Source: an uncultured delta proteobacterium (lineage in GTDB: Bacteria; Desulfobacterota; BSN033; UBA1163). From it: a stretch of 64,000 nucleotides of DNA. This document shows positions 18,564 to 27,883 of this stretch, piece by piece. The notes beneath the pieces were generated by a model. That model was not told the DNA's origin and ran no database searches. It saw only the letters and a program-made list of their open reading frames with translations. Made by a program: the position numbers and the translations under genes. Numbering within the stretch: position 1 is the first letter of the stretch; each line of letters starts with the position of its first letter. The stretch covers positions 32,001 to 96,000 of the forward strand of contig CAVPSJ010000014.1 in NCBI GenBank assembly GCA_963708295.1, written 5' to 3'.

Positions 18564-19901
18564 ATGAAATTGCGATTGAAATGGTTCTTCTTATTCACAG
18601 GTTTGATTTTGATTCTGGTTTTTTCGGCGGCTTATGGGCAGCAGAATAAATTCAAGCTGAAACCTGGCGCCCAGGGGAAACTCTGTCTGGAATGTCATGA
18701 TGCCTTCAAGGAAAAGCTCAAGAATCCATTTGTCCATACCCCCGTGAAGACGGGAGAATGCACGGAATGTCATAATCCGCATTCTTCCTCTCATGGAAAG
18801 TTGCTGGACGAAGATCCAAACAAAATCTGCAATAAGTGCCATGAAGGGATTGTGCCCAAGGATCCAAAGAGCATTCATAAAGTTGTGATGGAAGGCAATT
18901 GCGTAAAATGCCATGACCCCCATGCCTCAAAAAACAAATTCGTCCTTCTGAAAGCGGGAAACGAACTCTGTTTTGATTGTCACAAAAATATCGGCAATGC
19001 CGTCACCAAAGCAAAGTTCAAGCACAGTCCTGTGGAGAAAGGATGCGTCGGTTGCCACGAGCCGCATGCTTCGACCAAAGGAAAACATCTTCTGAAAAAT
19101 GATCTGGTGGCTCTCTGTGTGAGCTGTCACAAGACGGACCAGGCTTCCTTTTCAAAGCAGCATATGAATTATCCCGTGGCGAAGTCAGACTGTTCGTCTT
19201 GTCATGACGCCCATGGCTCGAATAAGGCAGGAATATTATTCGATAATGTGCATGCATCCGGTTGCGAATAAAATGTGCAACCAGTGCCATGAAGCCTCCA
19301 CTTCTCCCGATGCGCTCAAGACCAAGAAGGCCGGGTTTGATCTGTGTCGTGGTTGTCACAGCAGCATGATGAATGAGGCATTTAATAAGAACCGGATCCA
19401 CTGGCCTCTGGTGGATAAGGTGGGTTGTTTGAACTGCCATGAGCCCCATGCCTCGCAACAGAAAAAGCTTCTGATGGGGGACATGAAAACCTTGTGTGGA
19501 AAGTGTCATATGGACACCATGGAGTCACAGGAAAAGCTTGTCAAAAAAGAGAAGCAGGAAAATGCTGCTGTCGGAAAGGTGGCCGCGATCAAGGGTGCCA
19601 TCACGCACAATCCCATACAAGAAGGAAATTGCGACGCCTGCCATTCGTCTCATGCGCTCTGATAGTGTTTTCCTTTTGAAGCGGCCCTTCCATTATTGAA
19701 AGTCTGCGGAACCTGCCACGATTGGACGAAACATACGAGCCACCCCATGGGGGAGAAGATCATTGACTCGCGAAATAAGAACATTACCATGCAGTGCCTG
19801 AGTTGTCATCAGGTCTCACGGAACCGGATATCGGATATCTGATGCCTTTCCCGACGGTCACGGATCTTTGCGTCCAGTGCCACAAACAATACAAGAGGTG
19901 A
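18564..19901 (+). CDS. 16-heme periplasmic cytochrome c, split by frameshifts
   Basis: Signal peptide AYG|Q. CxxCH count 8 + 5 + 3 (CGTCH, CLSCH, CVQCH) = 16. Ends CVQCHKQYKR*. Confidence 0.85.
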
Positions 19902-19919
19902 TCAGCAAGAAACTGCGAT

Positions 19920-20054
19920 AATTGGAGTGTTGGAGTAGTGGAGTATTGGAAGAAAAAATGAATAGTGGGTGGTGGAAATATTGGGAGAGGATCAAAGATA
20001 GAAAGCTTTCGGTGGTTTTCGTTTCATCCAGCACTCCAATACTCCATTACTCCG
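19920..20054. repeat. Inverted 8-bp tandem repeats
   Basis: TGGAGTGTTGGAGTAGTGGAGTATTGGA pairs with TCCAGCACTCCAATACTCCATTACTCC. Confidence 0.7.
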
Positions 20055-20102
20055 AATGCCCCTTGTTACTCGGGTGAGTCTGGTCTTGAAAGAGGTGAAT
20101 CA

Positions 20103-21016
20103 ATGGTAGGAACTTCGATTAAAATCATAATGATTATTGGCATTCTGCTTTTGCCGATGAAGTCTTTTAGCGCTGAAACGGTGAAGTTTAGGTACCTTCA
20201 ATCTGTCTATTTCGATGAGAAAGGGTGGAGGCATGAAGCAACCGGAAGGAGTTGCCTGCGGCGAAAAGGATCTCTCTGATCGTTGGCGATACCGGAAAAC
20301 GATCGTCTTCTCCGGTATACCTTCCAGGAAAAGAAGTTTAAAGGCTGGAACCGAGATTAAAATCCCGCAGCTATCCAATCCGATCCGACTTCAAATCAAT
20401 TCCAAGGGAGAAATTTTTGCTCTGGATGGTAAGAAACGGCGCATCATCCGGCTGAATCCTGACGGAACGTTCAAAGGCTATGTGGATGCAGAGGGTATCC
20501 CTTCCCCTTCAACCTTCGTTCCGAGGAGCTTTAAGATAGACAGGAATAATAATATCTACATCCTCGATATATTTTCAGGCCGTGTGCTGGTCCTCAACTC
20601 CGGAAGGCAAATACCAAAAACAGATTCCATTCCCGAAAGATTATGGATTTTTCTCCGACCTATCCGTCGATTCGAAAGGTACGCTGTTCTTAATCGACTG
20701 TGTCAAGGCCATGGTTTTTTCGGCCGCTAAGGATTCAAACAGCTTTTCTCCGTTAACAAAGAATCTGAGAGAATATCTAGATTTTCCAACCAGCATCACA
20801 ACGGATAACCGGGGGACCATTTTTATCGTCGACCAAAATGGGAGCGGCATCGTTATTCTCGGACAGGATGGGTCTTTTCAGGGGCGGCAGTTGAACATGG
20901 GATGGAATGAGGGTCTTCTATACTATCCTTCTCAGATGTGTATCAACGAAAAGGGAGAGGTTTTCATCGCCGACCGGGGCAATAGCCGGGTTCAGATATT
21001 TACGCTCGTTAAATAG
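20103..21016 (+). CDS. Exported NHL-repeat protein (last gene of the cluster), split by frameshifts
   Basis: RBS GAGGTG and signal peptide. MKQPEGVAC, LDFPTSITTD and LYYPSQMCINEKGEVFIADRGNSRVQIF. Confidence 0.8.
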
Positions 21017-21075
21017 AAACCTTCGGGTATTATTATTGAGAGCAGGGAATAGTTTGCATTTGGGATTACAAGAAG

Positions 21076-21170
21076 CTGTCATTGCGAGCCCGCCCCGTTC
21101 CGGGATTCTTCGGAAGAGGCCGTGGCAATCTCGCTCTGAGATTGCTTCCTCGCTACACTCCTCGCATGAC
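21076..21170. repeat. GTCATTGCGAG...GCAATCT / AGATTGCTTC...CGCATGAC palindromic element
   Basis: A related half-copy lies at 54961-55021. Confidence 0.6.
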
Positions 21171-21221
21171 CTACTAGAACCGCGATACAAATTATAATAT
21201 TTTCTGTTTAATAAATGAAAA

Positions 21222-21268
21222 TAAAAAGAGGGCCAGCGGGTAATCTGCCAGCCCTCTTTGTTTTTTTG
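21222..21268. terminator. Bidirectional terminator between the cluster and omcS2
   Basis: AAAAAGAGGGC...GCCCTCTTTGTTTTTT between convergent genes. Confidence 0.7.
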
Positions 21269-21301
21269 CCGAACGGCTTGAATTCTATCCCCCCGACAAG
21301 G

Positions 21302-22543
21302 TCAGTCCATCGCATGGCATTTGTTACAGAGCGACCTCTGGAAGGCTGCAAAGACAGTAGGCGGCCGGTCGTAATAGGCCCCCTGTGTCTCTATAGCCGT
21401 ACGGCCCATCTCGGCAGGATACACGCCGTTGCTAACGATGAACGATGCCTCATTATTCCACCTCAAGGCATGCGCCCAACCGGATGCGTGCGACCTGTGG
21501 CACGAGTGACACGTTACCTCATCGCTCGTGGAGGGGCCACCAAGGACGCTATTGTCGTTTCTCGCATGACTTGCAAGGGTCGTAATAACACTCGTGGCTT
21601 CCTGGAACGGGACGAGTGAGGTGTAGGGACCAGGCGTTGTGCCACCAAAGGTCCCAGACATATCGCCCGATTTCACGTAATTATTATAAATAGTTGCATA
21701 CGTAGAGTTTAAAGCGGTGTCGACCGGGTGGGAAGGATGGCCTTTAAGTCCTGTCATGTTGGCTATGGCCGCATGGCAAGTTCCGCACCATTTCCCCCAA
21801 CCATTAGCGCTACCGCCGCCGCCATAAGCAATTCGAACCATATTCGTCGCTTCGGTCTGGTTGTAAGTAGACGGAGAAACTGCGATCGGCCATGAGGTAT
21901 AAGTCGCACCTGGAGCCCCGGCATAACCTGGCCAGGCCAGAATCCTGTAGAGACCGACCGCCTGACCAGCTGCTGGAACAATGCCTGTGGAGCCGGATGC
22001 TATAATCGGGGTGCCGGTACTCGCATATGAGCCGTCGCTGAGTCTCCTGCCCTTTCCGTGAGGGTCATGGCAACTGGCACAGCCAAGGTTGCTTGACAGG
22101 AAACTGCCACCCGGAGATGTGGGATGCACAGGATCAACAGTCGTATAGTTGTTGTCCGCAGCGATAATGCTGTGACCGTGGACAGATCCGTCTTCGAAAT
22201 CGGCCCCCTGCGCCGTCAGGGCATAGTTTTTCTTTAACCAGGCAAAATCTCCGGCCGGACCTCTCTGTAAGGGAGCGGTTCCAACGGTCAAATTGGCGTC
22301 TGCAGTGCTCACGTGGTACGAAGTCGGACCCGTATCCCCTGCGTGCTCATGGCAGGCCAAACATGTTGAACTGGCTTCTGAGGAAATTAAGAGATGGGAA
22401 CCCGACATTGGGCTATGCATGCTATGACACCCGGCACACTCCGCAGCGCCGCCCGAATGGAAGATCTGTTGCGCTAATCCGTTGACACTCGTGATTAATA
22501 GAAATGCAACAACGATCCCCAGACTTAACTTTGGTGCTTTCAT
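21302..22543 (-). CDS. omcS: OmcS-family hexaheme cytochrome, paralog 2
   Basis: Start MKAPKLSLG with RBS AAGGAGG, 413 aa. QQIFHSGGAAECAGCHSMH, six CxxCH, same C-terminus QRSLCNKCHAMD as paralog 1. Confidence 0.92.
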   Translation of the reverse strand: MKAPKLSLGIVVAFLLITSVNGLAQQIFHSGGAAECAGCHSMHSPMSGSHLLISSEASSTCLACHEHAGDTGPTSYHVSTADANLTVGTAPLQRGPAGDFAWLKKNYALTAQGADFEDGSVHGHSIIAADNNYTTVDPVHPTSPGGSFLSSNLGCASCHDPHGKGRRLSDGSYASTGTPIIASGSTGIVPAAGQAVGLYRILAWPGYAGAPGATYTSWPIAVSPSTYNQTEATNMVRIAYGGGGSANGWGKWCGTCHAAIANMTGLKGHPSHPVDTALNSTYATIYNNYVKSGDMSGTFGGTTPGPYTSLVPFQEATSVITTLASHARNDNSVLGGPSTSDEVTCHSCHRSHASGWAHALRWNNEASFIVSNGVYPAEMGRTAIETQGAYYDRPPTVFAAFQRSLCNKCHAMD

Positions 22544-22809
22544 TTTTCCCTCCTTCTTTCTTACTCTTATTCCGTAGTCCCGGCCCTTCATCAAACCCTT
22601 TTTCCCCTATTTTTCTTTATCGTTTGGCCTGCCAACTGTGTAAAAATCCTCAGCAGATGAGAATTTTCCCCCTGGCATATGCTGAATTTCTCATAAACAT
22701 TCCATCCCCCTGAAATCGGTCTTTTCTCTTTCTTCCTGTAATTTTTTGATTTTTAAAGATAATTTGGAATATCAGGAATAATTTTACTAAAGAAGAAATG
22801 GCAAGGGGT

Positions 22810-22827
22810 ATGGAACAGAAATTGCTT
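22810..22827 (+). promoter_or_regulatory. Sigma54-type promoter
   Basis: ATGGAACAGAAATTGCTT with GG-N10-GC spacing. Confidence 0.5.
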
Positions 22828-22841
22828 CCACATATGAAAAT

Positions 22842-23010
22842 AAAAAGCCGCCTTAACCCCAGGGTGGTCGCGAGAAACGTGGCTCGTAGGCTGGTTTCTC
22901 CCCCAGAGCTAAGACGGCAAGAAGTATAAGGATATACGTCTAGGTAAACGGAAGACACGTTCTACCTCGCGACCTTCTCTATCTAAGTCACACCTTAAGA
23001 AGAATGTCAA
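22842..23010 (-). ncRNA. Candidate structured cis-regulatory or antisense RNA
   Basis: GGTCGCGAG..AACGTG pairs with CACGTT..CTCGCGACC, with alternative pairing GAGAAAC/GTTTCTC. Minus-strand TTGACA upstream and GGCGGCTTTTT end. Confidence 0.35.
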
Positions 23011-23214
23011 GAATTTTCTTCGAGCGGGGGGCCGCCACGAAGCGAACACCTTCTTATACTTGATTGCCCTTATTCTACCAAAAACCTCTCATTTTGAATC
23101 CTCTTAAATTGTTGCCACGAAATCTATCTAATTATCTTTTTTTGATTTTTGACCCTTTCCGTGGTAAAAATTGAATATAGGTTTATTGACTACAAACAAT
23201 AGGAGGAAGGTCCG

Positions 23215-23451
23215 ATGAAGTGTTACGTTTGTGCGAAATTGGGAGTGGATAAGGATGCCGTAGCGATTTGTATCGTCTGCGGGATGGGGCTCTGCACGGG
23301 GCATGCCTTTAAGGAAGAACTCCTGGTCAGGGATATCATTGATTGGGGGTTCGGGGAGGAGAAGATCACCTATCCTCATACGCTGCCTCGGTTCATCTGC
23401 GCAGAATGCAAGCTGGCCATCGAACAGAGGACAAAGCCGGAAAGAAGATGA
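23215..23451 (+). CDS. DUF2180-family small Cys-rich protein
   Basis: MKCYVC...DAVAICIVCGMGLCTGH...LPRFICAEC. RBS AGGAGG. Confidence 0.8.
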   Translation: MKCYVCAKLGVDKDAVAICIVCGMGLCTGHAFKEELLVRDIIDWGFGEEKITYPHTLPRFICAECKLAIEQRTKPERR

Positions 23452-23586
23452 TAAAGGTCGAAGTTTGGAGTCAAGAATTGAGGGAATTAGAAATGACAAG
23501 TCTCCGCTGGAACGAGGTCCCTGCTTCTCGATCGAGAAATTGAAAAAAAGGTTGTGTTTTCACAGGAGATTATCAATAATAATCCT

Positions 23587-23964
23587 ATGAAGAAGACGAT
23601 TTTGGTTGTTGAAGATGAAGAGAGCCTCAGGCTTTTCTACGAAGAAGAACTGAAGGGGGAGGGGTACGACATCCTGACCGCCAAAAACGGCAGAGAAGCC
23701 ATTCGACAATTGGAGACGGGGAAGCCCGATTTGATCATTCTCGATATTGTAATGCCTGTGATGGATGGGATGGAGACATTGGGCCGGATTGTCAGCAAAG
23801 AAAGGAAGATCCCCGTCATCCTCAACACCTCCTATTCGGGGTATCGGCAGGATTTTATGAGTTGGGCCGCTGATGCCTATGTCGCAAAGTCTCACGACCT
23901 CACCGAATTGAAAAAGAAGATCCGAGAACTTTTAGAGGTTTCTGAAAAGTCCAGAAATCTCTGA
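23587..23964 (+). CDS. Single-domain response regulator (receiver)
   Basis: ILVVEDE, DLIILDIVMPVMDG, PVILNT, YVAKS. Confidence 0.92.
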   Translation: MKKTILVVEDEESLRLFYEEELKGEGYDILTAKNGREAIRQLETGKPDLIILDIVMPVMDGMETLGRIVSKERKIPVILNTSYSGYRQDFMSWAADAYVAKSHDLTELKKKIRELLEVSEKSRNL

Positions 23965-24060
23965 TTACACGGATTATGAAACGATTACACCGATTGGGAA
24001 TCCGTTGGAAATAAGGGAAAATCTGTGGAATCATTCTTTAGAATCTCTGTAATCAAGAGA
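23955..24060. repeat. Inverted 9-mer repeat element
   Basis: CTCTGATTACACGGATT..GATTACACCGATT pairs with AATCTGTGGAATC..AATCTCTGTAATCAAGAG. Confidence 0.55.
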
Positions 24061-24107
24061 GCGAAAAGCGGTGTTTCAGAGCTCTCTTTAGAGAAGGGTA
24101 AAGGCCG

Positions 24108-25313
24108 GTGAAGAAAGTCTTGGCCATGGTTTTAGCAGGCGGCCGGGGAGAAAGACTCTATCCGCTCACTCGGGATCGGGCCAAACCTGCTGTTCCTTTC
24201 GGCGCCATTTATCGGATTATTGACTTCACGCTTTCCAACTGCATTAATTCCGGCGTACGTCGCATCTATGCCCTCACCCAATATAAATCGACCTCTCTCA
24301 ATCGCCACATCCAATTAAGCTGGGACATCCTCTCGGCTCCTCTGGGAGAGTTCGTTGAAGCGATTCCCGCGCAACAGAGAATTGATGAGCATTGGTACCA
24401 GGGAACCGCCGATGCGATTTTTCAAAACATCAACATCTTACAGGAGGAGAGACCCGACCTTGTACTCATCCTCTCCGGTGATCACATTTACAAGATGGAC
24501 TATCGAAAGATGATCGCCTTCCACCTGGAGAAGGAAGCAGATCTGACGGTTGCGGCCATCCGGATGGACCGAAAGCTTTCCAGAGAATTTGGTGTCATGG
24601 AAATAGATGAGAATTGGCGAATCGTTGGCTTTCAGGAGAAACCCGAAGAGCCCAAAGCGATTCCCGGAGACCCGGGAGGGATTCTGGCCTCCATGGGAAT
24701 TTATATTTTCAATACCGAAGTATTGGTCCGGCGATTGATTGAGGATACTCGGTCGGACTCAAGCCACGATTTTGGCAAGGATATCATTCCCATGATGATT
24801 GGAAGAGATCGCGTCTTCTCTTTTGATTTCAGACGAGGAGATTGCGGAGGGAAGGGATATTGGAGAGATGTGGGGACGATCGATGCCTTTTACGAAGCGA
24901 ATATGGATTTGATCTCCATCACGCCCGAGCTCAATCTTTATGATGCTCAGTGGCCCATCCTGACCTACCAACCGCCTTCCCCCCCCGCAAAAACCGTGTG
25001 GATCGAGGAGGGAAGGGTCGGCATGGCTCTCAACTCGATCATCTCAAATGGCTGCATTATCAGTGGCGGAAATGTCAGGCGATCGATCCTCTCGCCCAGA
25101 GTAACGATTCATAGCTTTGCTGAGATTGAAGATTCCATCCTCCTGGAAGGGGTGGATGTTGGAAGGAATGCCAAGATCAAGAGGACGATCATCGATAAGG
25201 GGGTTGAAATTCCTCCATCGATGGAGATCGGGTACCATCTGGAGGAAGATGCAAAACGATTCACGGTGACTCCTTCAGGGATTGTGGTCGTTCCAAAAGG
25301 GATTCGGCTTTAG
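24108..25313 (+). CDS. glgC: Glucose-1-phosphate adenylyltransferase
   Basis: LAGGRGERLYPLTRDRAKPAVPFG, WYQGTADA, SGDHIYKMDY, HDFGKD, YWRDVGT. Confidence 0.97.
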   Translation: MKKVLAMVLAGGRGERLYPLTRDRAKPAVPFGAIYRIIDFTLSNCINSGVRRIYALTQYKSTSLNRHIQLSWDILSAPLGEFVEAIPAQQRIDEHWYQGTADAIFQNINILQEERPDLVLILSGDHIYKMDYRKMIAFHLEKEADLTVAAIRMDRKLSREFGVMEIDENWRIVGFQEKPEEPKAIPGDPGGILASMGIYIFNTEVLVRRLIEDTRSDSSHDFGKDIIPMMIGRDRVFSFDFRRGDCGGKGYWRDVGTIDAFYEANMDLISITPELNLYDAQWPILTYQPPSPPAKTVWIEEGRVGMALNSIISNGCIISGGNVRRSILSPRVTIHSFAEIEDSILLEGVDVGRNAKIKRTIIDKGVEIPPSMEIGYHLEEDAKRFTVTPSGIVVVPKGIRL

Positions 25314-25441
25314 CAAGCTGCTGAAAAACGCTCATCTGCGTCGTTGTCCTCATCCTTCGTCGTTGCGGCGTACAGCCCAGTACGCCTCACTTCTCAGGAT
25401 TTCAGGCGCCTTGCATCTAAGCATTTTTGAGCAGCCTGCTG
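25313..25441. mobile_element. MITE with GCTGCTGAAAAA / TTTTTGAGCAGCCTG terminal inverted repeats (copy 1)
   Basis: TIRs visible. Internal sequence homologous to 38129-38312 (reverse) and 52888-53063. Confidence 0.75.
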
Positions 25442-25770
25442 AGAACAGCTTTTTGAACAATTCAATACCAATCCTTGGCGTTCAGGGTCCGGCCGAGGGC
25501 AATGCCCGCAGATTGAGCGTTCGGCCCGAACTCAAACCGAAGGACATCCGACCGGCTTCGGGCCGGGGAGTCGATGTGTTGATTCGTTCAAATGTTCGAA
25601 CGGGTTGCTAGAGGAACGGCTCCCGCCTTTCGGCCGTTGCCCCATTATGGCGTATGGGTATACGAAATCAAATGATCTCTGGGGAGACAGTGAATGTTCT
25701 CCGGGCTGAACAGAAAATAAAATCTTCCTGGACGGATTCGGCTTCCTTCTCCACGGAGCCAAGAATTTGC

Positions 25771-25799
25771 TTGACAAAAAAACCGACATTTTGTATAAG
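25771..25799 (+). promoter_or_regulatory. Sigma70 promoter of the TRAP operon
   Basis: TTGACA-N17-TATAAG. Confidence 0.65.
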
Positions 25800-25985
25800 C
25801 CCTCTATACATAGTTAAACTTAGATAAGATCGAGCGCCGATTTGAGAACTTAGGCAGAGTTCCGGGGGCTTTTTATAAAACCTTACAAACATCAATCCAC
25901 TGAAATCCTGTCACTGAAAACTGTTCCGTGCATTCCCGTAATTCTATTGGCATATTTCGGTCAATTCCTTTAAATAATAAAAGGA

Positions 25986-26474
25986 GTGGGAATGGAAACA
26001 ATATTTCGCATTCTTCAGAGGGTGAGTAAAATCCTTAATTATATCGGCGGCGCAGCGCTCACTTTCATGATGTTTTTGACTGTGGCGGATGTGCTCTTGC
26101 GAGCCGCGGGCCACCCTATCCTGGGCACTTACGAATTGGTATCATTAACTCTGGCGATTGTCATCGGTTTCACGATTCCTAAGGTCTCCTTGGACCGCGG
26201 GCACGTGTATATGGAAATCCTGCTGGAAAAGCTTTCGAAGAGAGATAAGGCCATCATGAACACCTTTACGCGGATTCTGGGCATCGTTTTATTCGCGATC
26301 ATAGCGTATAACCTCATGTTAATCAGCAAAGAGTTCCATGCATCGGGTGAAGTCTCCTCCACACTCAAGTTGCCCTTCTTCCCCATTTCTTTCTTCGTCG
26401 GCGTCTGCTGCTTCATCGAGTGCTTCGTTTTCATGTTGGATATCGTAAAAATCTGGAGGGGTCAATATGAATGA
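25986..26474 (+). CDS. dctQ: TRAP transporter small permease
   Basis: Four TM helices; LTVADVLLR...PILGTYELV...GHVYMEIL. Confidence 0.9.
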   Translation: MGMETIFRILQRVSKILNYIGGAALTFMMFLTVADVLLRAAGHPILGTYELVSLTLAIVIGFTIPKVSLDRGHVYMEILLEKLSKRDKAIMNTFTRILGIVLFAIIAYNLMLISKEFHASGEVSSTLKLPFFPISFFVGVCCFIECFVFMLDIVKIWRGQYE

Positions 26475-27768
26475 GATCACCGTGGGCATTATGGCCCTCG
26501 TTGTGCTGCTGCTGCTTTTCGCTACGGGCATTGAATTGGGCATCGCGATGGCATTGGTGGGGTTTGTGGGTTTTGCTTACCTGAACGGCATTCAGCCGGC
26601 CATGCAACTCGTAGGGCGAGACATATACGATGTCATCACGAATTACGGGTACACGGTTTTTCCTCTTTTTATTCTGATGGGTCAAATCGGCTTCAACTCG
26701 GGGATTGCGGTCAGACTGTATGGTGCAGCACACAAATTCATCGGCCATATTCCCGGTGGCTTGGCCATGGCCACGGTAATGGGAGCCACCGGGTTTAAGG
26801 CCATCTGCGGCTCCTCAGCAGCTACGTCGGCGACGTTCGCCAGCGTCGCGATCCCCGAAATGGACCGGTATGGGTATGACAGGAAACTGTCTACAGGGAT
26901 CGTTGCGACCGTGGGAACGCTCGGTTGTATCATTCCCCCCAGTGTGGTGCTGATCGTATTCGGTATTATCACCGAGCAGTCCATCGGGCAGCTTTTCCTT
27001 GCGGGGATCATCCCCGGATTGATCATCGCTCTCTTTTTCATCGGGATCATTTATGGATGGGTGAAGATCAATCCAAAGATTGCGCCCATGTCGGAGCGGT
27101 CTACCTGGAAAGCTAGGATTCGCTCGCTTCCGGAGGTGGTCTGGATCATCCTTGTCTTTCTCCTGGTCATCGGAGGGATCATGCAGGGTTTCTTTACGCC
27201 GACGGAGGCAGGGGCGGTTGGTACCTTTGCAGTTCTGCTGCTGGCGGTAGTTAAACGAACTTTGAATTTCAGCGGATATTTGAAATCCCTTTCGGAAGCC
27301 CTTCGCACGGCGGGGATGATTCTCATGCTCATTACGGGCTCTGTGATCCTTGGCCATTTCATCGTGGTGACCAATATTCCCGAGAATACGGCGGAGTGGT
27401 TAGTGGCTCTCCCTTTGAACCGCTACGTCATCATGCTTCTGATCTGTCTCGTTTATGAGATAGGAGGGTCGTTCATCGATGACCTTGCGTTCATGATTCT
27501 TGCGACGCCTATCTTCTACCCGGCGGTACAAAAGCTCGGTTTCAATCCTATCTGGTTCGGGATCGTCATCGGCGTGGTCGTAATGATCGGTGTGGTGATT
27601 CCTCCGGTGGCTGTGTGTGTTTTTGTGGTTAAGAACATCACCAAGGAACCTATCGGCCGGATCTACAAAGGCGTCGCTCCGTTCTTGATCTCTCTCGTTA
27701 TTGTCTGGGGTCTTCTGTTCGCCTTTCCCCAGCTCGCCCTCTGGCTCCCCTCATTGTTTTATAAATGA
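26467..27768 (+). CDS. dctM: TRAP transporter large permease
   Basis: PGGLAMAT, GTLGCIIPPS, GFFTPTEAGAVG. Confidence 0.95.
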   Translation: MNEITVGIMALVVLLLLFATGIELGIAMALVGFVGFAYLNGIQPAMQLVGRDIYDVITNYGYTVFPLFILMGQIGFNSGIAVRLYGAAHKFIGHIPGGLAMATVMGATGFKAICGSSAATSATFASVAIPEMDRYGYDRKLSTGIVATVGTLGCIIPPSVVLIVFGIITEQSIGQLFLAGIIPGLIIALFFIGIIYGWVKINPKIAPMSERSTWKARIRSLPEVVWIILVFLLVIGGIMQGFFTPTEAGAVGTFAVLLLAVVKRTLNFSGYLKSLSEALRTAGMILMLITGSVILGHFIVVTNIPENTAEWLVALPLNRYVIMLLICLVYEIGGSFIDDLAFMILATPIFYPAVQKLGFNPIWFGIVIGVVVMIGVVIPPVAVCVFVVKNITKEPIGRIYKGVAPFLISLVIVWGLLFAFPQLALWLPSLFYK

Positions 27769-27883
27769 GAAGGGAGATAGAGAAGGGAAGGATATATTTG
27801 TTTAAGCCTGTTTGCAGATGGGTTTGAAAAAGGGAAGAAAATAGATCACAATTTAACGCAACAAAAAGAAAGGAGGCATTAAA

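Noticed and set aside
25282-25895. Several 75-109 aa ORFs between glgC and dctQ
   Set aside because: They overlap a MITE and a promoter and show no recognisable motifs, so they are likely spurious. The same applies to most antisense shadow ORFs in the track.
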